Assembly: GCA_963771465.1 (NCBI GenBank)
Contig: CAVYTU010000013.1
Span: forward strand, 160,001-224,000
Length of the DNA stretch: 64,000 nucleotides
From: an uncultured delta proteobacterium
GTDB taxonomy: Bacteria; Desulfobacterota; Binatia; UBA9968
Direction: 5' to 3'
Program-made: the position numbers and the translations under genes
Notes under the pieces: model-generated
Database searches by the model: none
Told to the model about the DNA's origin: nothing
Seen by the model: only the letters and a program-made list of their open reading frames with translations
Shown: positions 57,466-64,000 of the stretch, piece by piece
How the letters are laid out: each line of letters opens with the position of its first letter
How positions within the stretch are numbered: the stretch's first letter is position 1

Positions 57466-59456
57466 GCAGCGCGAGCATTCTAGTTGTCGAAGATGAAGCG
57501 ATCGTCGCGCTCGATCTCAGTCAACGATTGACCCGCCTGGGTTACCGAGTCATCGCCACGGTCGACCAAGGAGAAAAGGCGGTTGCTGCGACGCTCACGC
57601 ATAATCCAGATTTGGTGCTGATGGACCTTCGACTCGCCGGCGCCATGGACGGCATTGCCGCAGCGCAACAGATCGCGCAGGTGGCCGACGTTCCGATCGT
57701 TTTTTTGACCGCCCACTCCGACCCCGAAACCCTCGCCAGGGCGTGCCTGACCGGGCCATTCGGTTATATTTTGAAGCCCTTCAACGAGCGCGAGTTACAC
57801 ACCCAGCTTGAAATTGCACTTTACCGCCACGGCGCGGAACGGCGCGTGCGCGAAAGCGAAGCGCAGCTGCGCGCCGTCATGAACACTGCCCAAGACGGTA
57901 TACTGGCGATCGATAAGGCTGGGGTGATTCTCAGTACGAACCCGGGAGGCGAAGAAATCTTTGGCTATGGCGCCGGCGAAATGATTGGGCTCGACGCTGG
58001 CGAATTGATGCCTAGCTTGCACGTGATGATAGACAACGATGACGATCAAGGTTTTGTCAAAACCCGCGGCGGCAGTATTTTGAGCGCGGTTCGAGAAGTG
58101 AGCGGCAAGCGCAAAGACGGCGCCCTACTGCCGCTCGAGATAACTCTAAGCAAAAGAAACGATCGGGCACAACGCAACTACATTGGCATCGTGCGCAATA
58201 TCAGCCGGCGCAAGCAACTTGAAAATAAACTTAAGGGGATCGTCGACGACCTGCGCGAGAGCGATCGGCGCAAGGATGAATTTTTGGCAACGCTGTCGCA
58301 CGAATTGCGCAACCCCTTGGCACCCATACGCAGTGTCTCGGATATTCTCAAGAGCATGGTGGATATAGTCGATCCCAAATTTCACTGGTGTTGTGAGATT
58401 CTCGACCGCCAGATGGACCTAGTGACCCGCCTGATGGAAGATCTGCTCGATGTTGGCCGGATTAGCCGGGGCAGCCTGATATTGCACAAGGAATGGGTCG
58501 ATTTTCGCGAAATCGTTCGCACGCTCATCGCAGCTTGCAGCCCTGAGGTCGACGCCGCTGGACATAAACTCGTCGTTGACGTCCCTGATATCGACATCAA
58601 GATGTTCGTGGACCCGGTCCGGATGACGCAAATCTTGAGCAACTTAGTGAACAACGCCGTGAAATATACGGATGGCCACGGCGAGGTGCGATTTATTGTC
58701 CAAAGCCAACGCGATGAGATCGTCATTCAAGTGCAAGATTCCGGCATCGGCATCTCGGCCGATTTTTTGCCTTCGGTATTTCAAATGTTCAGGCAGGCGG
58801 ATAGTAGTTTGGAACGCAACCGGGGCGGGCTTGGCATCGGGCTCGCGTTGGTGAAAAGCCTAGTCGAGCTGCACGGCGGCAGTGTTGAGGCTTCGAGCCT
58901 CGGTCTCGGCCAAGGTAGTGTGTTTACGGTGCGACTGCCGGTGGCGCCGGTGGGCTCGATTGCCGCTGACATGCTCCCACGCGCTGCCGAACAGAACGGC
59001 CGACCAGCGCCGACGTCGAGGTCTAAACGAATTCTAATCGTCGACGATAATAAATTGCAGGCCCAAAGCCTGGGGATTTTAGTGCAGCTCTGGGGTTATG
59101 AGGTTCGGCTCGCTTATGACGGGCCGAGCGCGCTTGCGGCCTTGGGTGAATATTCGGCCGACGTTGCGCTTATCGATATCGGGTTGCCCGGTATCAGTGG
59201 CTACGAAGTCGCGCGTCAAATCCGTGAACAGCCGCAATGGCGGCACATGACACTGATCGCGCAGACCGGTTGGGGGCGCGACAGTGATCGCGACAAATCG
59301 GAACAAGCGGGTTTCGATCATCACTTCACCAAGCCGCTCAACCACAACGCCTTGGAAAAAGTTCTTGTTCAGACGGTGGCGCAAAACATTGGCGCATCAA
59401 TGGATTTCGTGGAAATTCACAGTAGCGATCCAGCCCCTCCAATGAAATCGAGTTGA
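57462..59456 (+). CDS. REC-PAS-histidine kinase-REC hybrid
   Basis: [26 protein letters not shown]-terminal receiver; ATGA overlap. Confidence 0.92.
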   Translation: MSSASILVVEDEAIVALDLSQRLTRLGYRVIATVDQGEKAVAATLTHNPDLVLMDLRLAGAMDGIAAAQQIAQVADVPIVFLTAHSDPETLARACLTGPFGYILKPFNERELHTQLEIALYRHGAERRVRESEAQLRAVMNTAQDGILAIDKAGVILSTNPGGEEIFGYGAGEMIGLDAGELMPSLHVMIDNDDDQGFVKTRGGSILSAVREVSGKRKDGALLPLEITLSKRNDRAQRNYIGIVRNISRRKQLENKLKGIVDDLRESDRRKDEFLATLSHELRNPLAPIRSVSDILKSMVDIVDPKFHWCCEILDRQMDLVTRLMEDLLDVGRISRGSLILHKEWVDFREIVRTLIAACSPEVDAAGHKLVVDVPDIDIKMFVDPVRMTQILSNLVNNAVKYTDGHGEVRFIVQSQRDEIVIQVQDSGIGISADFLPSVFQMFRQADSSLERNRGGLGIGLALVKSLVELHGGSVEASSLGLGQGSVFTVRLPVAPVGSIAADMLPRAAEQNGRPAPTSRSKRILIVDDNKLQAQSLGILVQLWGYEVRLAYDGPSALAALGEYSADVALIDIGLPGISGYEVARQIREQPQWRHMTLIAQTGWGRDSDRDKSEQAGFDHHFTKPLNHNALEKVLVQTVAQNIGASMDFVEIHSSDPAPPMKSS

Positions 59457-59706
59457 ATGGCCAGCGTAATCTGCCCAGGGAATTCGCTGCGAAAAATCGC
59501 GCAGCGGTGATAGTTCCAGAGGCGTTTTTCACGCTTGTGGTCACGCCAACGGACTCTTTCATGCCGTTTGAGCGTGCCCATTGTCGACTTTGTTTAAACA
59601 GTTTTTGGTTTTCGGGTTGGCACCGTTGGCGGCGCGATTTTGCTGTGCTAGTCTGCGACAGCTTTCGCGTTCGATCATTCGCCAATCCAGATTTAAGTAG
59701 GAGAGC

Positions 59707-60411
59707 ATGGTGTCCAAAAAAACCGGCGATCTAAAATTTTTGAAATTGTGGTGTGGCTTGATTGTCGGTGGTGCGGTGATGATGTCTTGTTCCCTCAATC
59801 CGAAAATTCCCGTGGTCGCTGATGAGCCGATCGAGAAGTTGGTGCGCGAGGAAGCCGGTCAGATTCTGGCCGCGGCCGATCCGAGCGCCGAGTTTGCCCA
59901 TTACCATTTTCAGCTTTCAGCGTTTCCACGGGGCGATCTGCTCGGTTTAAGTATTGGGCGCGGGCGGGTCTATATCAGCTATCGGCTAGCGCAGCTGGCG
60001 CTCAAAAGTTCTTATCATCGCTGGCTGCTGCGGCAGACCCTGGCCCATGAAATTGCCCATGAGCTCGCCGGACATGCAAATCAGCGCGGCGCCGTCGCTA
60101 ATACCTCGGCGGCACAAGGGGGCATCACCGCAGGTCATCTCGGGCTCGCTGGGCGGGTGCAGTTCCAAAACTATTCCGTTGAAAAAGAGTTGCAAGCAGA
60201 CTTTTACGGCATGAGCTACTGGGCCAAGCTGGGTTGGGATTGCACCATCTGGGTCAATATCCTGCGCGAATTTCAAAGACAGAATTATTCCGGAGATAGT
60301 TTCCACCCGACTGATCGCCGCTTGGAGCAGGCGTCGGCAAGCTGTCCCGCGATTCGCCAGCGGCCAACAACTCCCGTCGCCTCCACTGCCGCTAGCCCGT
60401 CGCTTTATTGA
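59707..60411 (+). CDS. M48-like zinc metallopeptidase, probable lipoprotein
   Basis: LAHEIAH, YSVEKELQAD, FHPTDRRL; N-terminal hydrophobic segment ending in SC. Confidence 0.75.
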   Translation: MVSKKTGDLKFLKLWCGLIVGGAVMMSCSLNPKIPVVADEPIEKLVREEAGQILAAADPSAEFAHYHFQLSAFPRGDLLGLSIGRGRVYISYRLAQLALKSSYHRWLLRQTLAHEIAHELAGHANQRGAVANTSAAQGGITAGHLGLAGRVQFQNYSVEKELQADFYGMSYWAKLGWDCTIWVNILREFQRQNYSGDSFHPTDRRLEQASASCPAIRQRPTTPVASTAASPSLY

Positions 60412-60495
60412 GCTTCAGAGACAGCGCAGTGGCACGTTTTTAATCACCCGTGATTTAGCGACAGTGAGATCCTTGCCCGTTATTATCCAGTCTAA

Positions 60496-61911
60496 ATGGC
60501 AAATCGATACGATGCCGTCGTAATCGGTTCCGGCCCCAACGGTTTAGCGGCGGCGATTACCTTGGCCCAGGCGGGCCGATCGGTAATCGTCTATGAAGCA
60601 GAAGCGATTCCCGGCGGCGGGGCGCGCTCGTTTGCGCTGACCTTGCCGGGTTACGTTCACGATGTCTGCTCGGCAGTCTATCCACTGGCCATCGGTTCGC
60701 CGTTTTTTCGCACCTTACCTCTCGATCAGCACGGGCTTGATTGGATCCATCCGCCGTCGCCGCTGGCGCATCCACTCGACGATGGCACAGCGGTGATCGT
60801 CGAGCGCTCGGTCGACGCCACTGCGGCCAGCCTCAATGACGACGCTAATTCCTATCGCCGCTTGATGAATTATTTCTGCGCCCGGTGGGACGGATTGGAC
60901 ATCGACCTGTTGGGGCCACCGCGAATGCCACGCCACCCGTTGGTGTTGGCGCGCTTCGGCTTTCTTGGCATTCGCCCGGCAGCGAACTTTGCCCGCAGCT
61001 ATTTCAAAGGTGCTCGAGCACGCGCGTTATTTGCCGGATTGGCGGCCCATTCCATGTTGCCGCTCGAAGCGTTGGGCTCGGCGGCATTCGGACTGGTCTT
61101 GGGCATCACCGCTCACAGCGTCGGCTGGCCGGTGGCACGCGGCGGCGCGCAAAGGTTGGCCGATGCGCTGGTTTCCTACGCGCGCTCGCTGGGCGTGGAG
61201 ATTGTCACCGAGCGGCGTGTTCGCGCGCTTCGCCAACTGCCAAAAGCGCGCGCCGTGTTATGCGATGTGACGCCGCGCCAGCTTTTAGCGCTGGCGGAAA
61301 ATGAATTGCCGGATTCGTTCCAGCGGCGCTTGCAAAGCTATCGCTACGGCATGGGCGTTTACAAAGTCGATTGGGCGCTCTCGGCGCCGGTGCCCTGGCG
61401 AGCAGCCGAGTGCGCCCGCGCCGCCACGGTTCACCTCGGCGGTTCGCTGGAAGAAATTGCGCTGTCGGAACGCGCTGCGGCGCGCGGCGAACAGAATGAC
61501 CGGCCCTTCGTCCTGATCGCGCAGCCCTCACTTTTCGATGAATCGCGCGCGCCCCAAGGCAAACACACGCTCTGGGGTTACTGTCATGTGCCCCATGGTT
61601 CGGACCGACCGATGCTGGATAACATTGAAAGTCAGATCGAGCGGTTTGCGCCGGGGTTTCGCGAGATCGTGCTGGCGCGGCATACAATGGGGCCGGCGCT
61701 GCTCGAACAGCGCAATGCCAATCTAGTGGGCGGGGACATCAACGGCGGTACTGCCGATCTGCGGCAATTATTTTTGCGGCCGTCCCGGCGCATGTACGGT
61801 ACTCCGGTAAAAGGTCTTTATCTATGCTCGGCGTCGACGCCGCCCGGCGGCGGCGTGCACGGCATGTGCGGCTATTTTGCCGCGCGCCGGGCCCTCAGCG
61901 AGATGGAATAA
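60496..61911 (+). CDS. Phytoene desaturase-like FAD-dependent oxidoreductase
   Basis: IGSGPNGLAAA, HDVCSAV, CSASTPPGGGVHGMCG. Confidence 0.88.
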   Translation: MANRYDAVVIGSGPNGLAAAITLAQAGRSVIVYEAEAIPGGGARSFALTLPGYVHDVCSAVYPLAIGSPFFRTLPLDQHGLDWIHPPSPLAHPLDDGTAVIVERSVDATAASLNDDANSYRRLMNYFCARWDGLDIDLLGPPRMPRHPLVLARFGFLGIRPAANFARSYFKGARARALFAGLAAHSMLPLEALGSAAFGLVLGITAHSVGWPVARGGAQRLADALVSYARSLGVEIVTERRVRALRQLPKARAVLCDVTPRQLLALAENELPDSFQRRLQSYRYGMGVYKVDWALSAPVPWRAAECARAATVHLGGSLEEIALSERAAARGEQNDRPFVLIAQPSLFDESRAPQGKHTLWGYCHVPHGSDRPMLDNIESQIERFAPGFREIVLARHTMGPALLEQRNANLVGGDINGGTADLRQLFLRPSRRMYGTPVKGLYLCSASTPPGGGVHGMCGYFAARRALSEME

Positions 61912-62143
61912 AGCGTCGGACCCGTCGCAACGATAACAATTAACCTTCCTTTCGTCGCCGCTTATCTTTTTAATCCCGCGGCTTTAGACTGGACGCGAGC
62001 CATCGTCTAGAGGAACCGGTAGCCAAAAAGTGCTTAAGGCCCGTGTGTCCGCGTTGGCGGCTCGACCTGCATCCATTGGGTAAATCTTTACGTCTGGATT
62101 AAGTTTTGCAGAGCCAGAGGTGTTGTGGGACTAACATTCGCTC

Positions 62144-62407
62144 ATGTTTCGAAAGAAATTTTCCGTTTCAGCGTGCGAGGTAGGTGCAATGGTTAGACTG
62201 AAGAAATCATCCGATCAAAGAGCCAAACAAACTCAGACGGCCGACCCTGTGCTCATCGAGCTCAGCGCTGAAGCCAAAACCAATCTGAAAAAGCTCCAGT
62301 TACTCTCTTTGGATGGCGAGGGGCGGCAACCGGGCGCCTCACAGATTATCGAAAAACTGATCAACGCCGCGGTGGTTAGCGGCCCGGATGCGCCTTATCC
62401 GGGATGA
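62144..62407 (+). CDS. Hypothetical protein (start may be 62189)
   Basis: 87-aa ORF ending 3 nt before the next gene; RBS-like gaggtagg before ATG 62189. Confidence 0.45.
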   Translation: MFRKKFSVSACEVGAMVRLKKSSDQRAKQTQTADPVLIELSAEAKTNLKKLQLLSLDGEGRQPGASQIIEKLINAAVVSGPDAPYPG

Positions 62408-62410
62408 TCT

Positions 62411-63679
62411 GTGCATCGGGTCGTGGTGATCGGTGGCGGGTTTGGCGGACTTTGCGCGGTCCAGTCGATGCGCCATTTACCCGTCGAGGTCACGCTCGTA
62501 GACCGGCGCAATTTCCATCTTTTTCAGCCACTGCTTTACCAAGTTGCTACCGGTTGGTTATCGCCGGCCAACATCGCTTCGACCCTTAGAGCCGTATTAC
62601 GTCACCAAAAGAACGCCAAAGTTCTTCTTACAGAAGTAACCGACATTGACCCGGCGCGTCGCAAAGTAGTTTTCGCCGGCGGAACACTTGACTATGACAC
62701 GCTGATCGTCGGCACCGGCTCGAGTCACCATTATTTCGGACATGACCATTGGCAGAAACTTGCACCGGGCTTAAAGACCATCGAAGACGCCATCGAAATG
62801 CGCCGCCGGATCTTTTCCGCCTTCGAGTCCGCTGAGCGAGAGACCGATCCGGCCAAGATTCGCGACTGGTTGACCTTCGTGATTGTCGGCGGCGGTCCTA
62901 CCGGCGTGGAACTCGCCGGTGCGTTAGCGGATATTGCCAATCAAACTTTGACTCACGACTTTCGCAGCATCGATCCTAGCGCGACGCGAATACTTTTGCT
63001 TGAGGCGTCTGATCGTATCCTATCGACTTATCCTGAGGATCTGGCGAGCAACGCGCAAGGCTTTCTAAAGAACCTTGGTGTGTCAGTGCAAACTCGCACT
63101 GCGGTCACCGAACTCCGGCCGGGTGAGGTTGCGGTCAAGCGTTGTGAGACGCCTGAGGTGATTCCCTGTCAGACGGTGCTCTGGGCGGCGGGGGTGCGCG
63201 CATCGCAACTTGGCGAAGTGCTGGCGCGCTGCGGCGTTGCGACTTTGGATCGCGGCCGCAGGGTGATCGTTGAGGACGATTTTTCTCTTGCCAATCATCC
63301 GGAGATTTTTGTCATCGGCGATCTGGCTTGCTATACGCCGTCCGGCGGCAATCCGTTGCCGGGTATCGCGCCGGTCGCGCAACAAGCCGGTCGCTACGTC
63401 GCCCAAATTATCGGCAACCGTCTCAATGGCAAAACTACGCGGCCATTCAAATATCGGGATCGCGGCAGTATGGCAATTGTCGGTCGCGCCATTGCCGTCG
63501 CGGACTTGGGAGGCATGCATCTCGCCGGTTTCGCCGCTTGGCTCGCGTGGTTGTTTATTCATCTGATGCAGATCGTTGAGTTCGAAAACCGTGTGCTGGT
63601 ACTGGTTCAATGGGGCTGGTTCTATTTTCGCCGCAGCCGTGCTGCGCGGTTAATTACGGGTGACAAGTTTGAGTCGTGA
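62411..63679 (+). CDS. ndh: Type II NADH dehydrogenase family FAD oxidoreductase
   Basis: IGGGFGG, FQPLLYQVATG, VGGGPTGVELAG, WAAGV, IGD, FKYRDRGSMA. Confidence 0.88.
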   Translation: MHRVVVIGGGFGGLCAVQSMRHLPVEVTLVDRRNFHLFQPLLYQVATGWLSPANIASTLRAVLRHQKNAKVLLTEVTDIDPARRKVVFAGGTLDYDTLIVGTGSSHHYFGHDHWQKLAPGLKTIEDAIEMRRRIFSAFESAERETDPAKIRDWLTFVIVGGGPTGVELAGALADIANQTLTHDFRSIDPSATRILLLEASDRILSTYPEDLASNAQGFLKNLGVSVQTRTAVTELRPGEVAVKRCETPEVIPCQTVLWAAGVRASQLGEVLARCGVATLDRGRRVIVEDDFSLANHPEIFVIGDLACYTPSGGNPLPGIAPVAQQAGRYVAQIIGNRLNGKTTRPFKYRDRGSMAIVGRAIAVADLGGMHLAGFAAWLAWLFIHLMQIVEFENRVLVLVQWGWFYFRRSRAARLITGDKFES

Positions 63680-63791
63680 AACTGCGCGGGCGAAAATTAA
63701 AAACCCAATTGGCTCGCTCCGTAGAATTACCGTGAGGCTGCGTGATTCGTCGCGCGCGAGATCCTGACAAAATGCGCTAACGCAATGACAA

Positions 63792-63928
63792 TGTCTCATT
63801 TTTGAAACACCGTAAAGCTTTTCGTATCATTCTTGGGATTACGCGCCCCAGCGAAATTTTACAAAGCGGTTGAATTTCGTTCGTTGCCGTTGGTTCACGC
63901 GACGACTCGCCACTGGCATGTCGGTTGC
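63792..63928 (+). promoter_or_regulatory. UAS pair (63792, 63823) plus sigma54-type promoter (63914-63928) for a gene beyond the window
   Basis: TGTCTCATTTTTGAAACA, CGTATCATTCTTGGGATT (31 bp apart), TGGCATGTCGGTTGC. Confidence 0.7.
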
Positions 63929-64000
63929 TCTTTTGACACGCAAAACTTTGGCCTTTCTGGCACTTGCGCGTCGTCGCCGTTTGGACGCCGACCCAAATTG

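Noticed and set aside
59630-59643. CGGCGCGATTTTGC upstream of the M48 gene
   Set aside because: Spacing is N9 rather than the required N10
60430-60444. TGGCACGTTTTTAAT as a sigma54 promoter
   Set aside because: Good -24 half but no GC at -12

Overview
Bacterial, moderately GC-rich window. The gene style suggests a Deltaproteobacteria/Binatia-like soil lineage, but that is only a guess. Almost the whole window is a general-stress/dormancy island: KatE catalase, ferritin-like and hemerythrin-like proteins, a Cu-storage four-helix bundle, BON and CBS proteins, YihY and AI-2E membrane proteins, phospholipase D, GT4 plus amylo-alpha-1,6-glucosidase, topoisomerase IB and several tiny basic proteins. 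These are interleaved with a dense signalling set: kaiC-kaiB-kaiB-hybrid kinase, a CheB-CheR-PAS kinase fusion, a poly-HAMP hybrid kinase with partners, and a MetE-like/PAS kinase pair. The strongest unannotated signal is regulatory. Seventeen intergenic sigma54-type -24/-12 motifs (GG-N10-GC ending in TTGC) point into the stress operons, and a recurring 18-bp palindrome (about TGTCYYA-N4-TRRGACA) often occurs as pairs 30-33 bp apart, as expected for an enhancer-binding-protein site. A rhodanese-CBS gene has an in-frame TGA at a probable Cys position followed by a hairpin, making it a candidate selenoprotein. At least seven frameshifts in otherwise intact genes look like sequencing or assembly indels. 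No rRNA, tRNA, CRISPR array or transposase was seen. All family assignments come from motif recognition by eye, not database searches.
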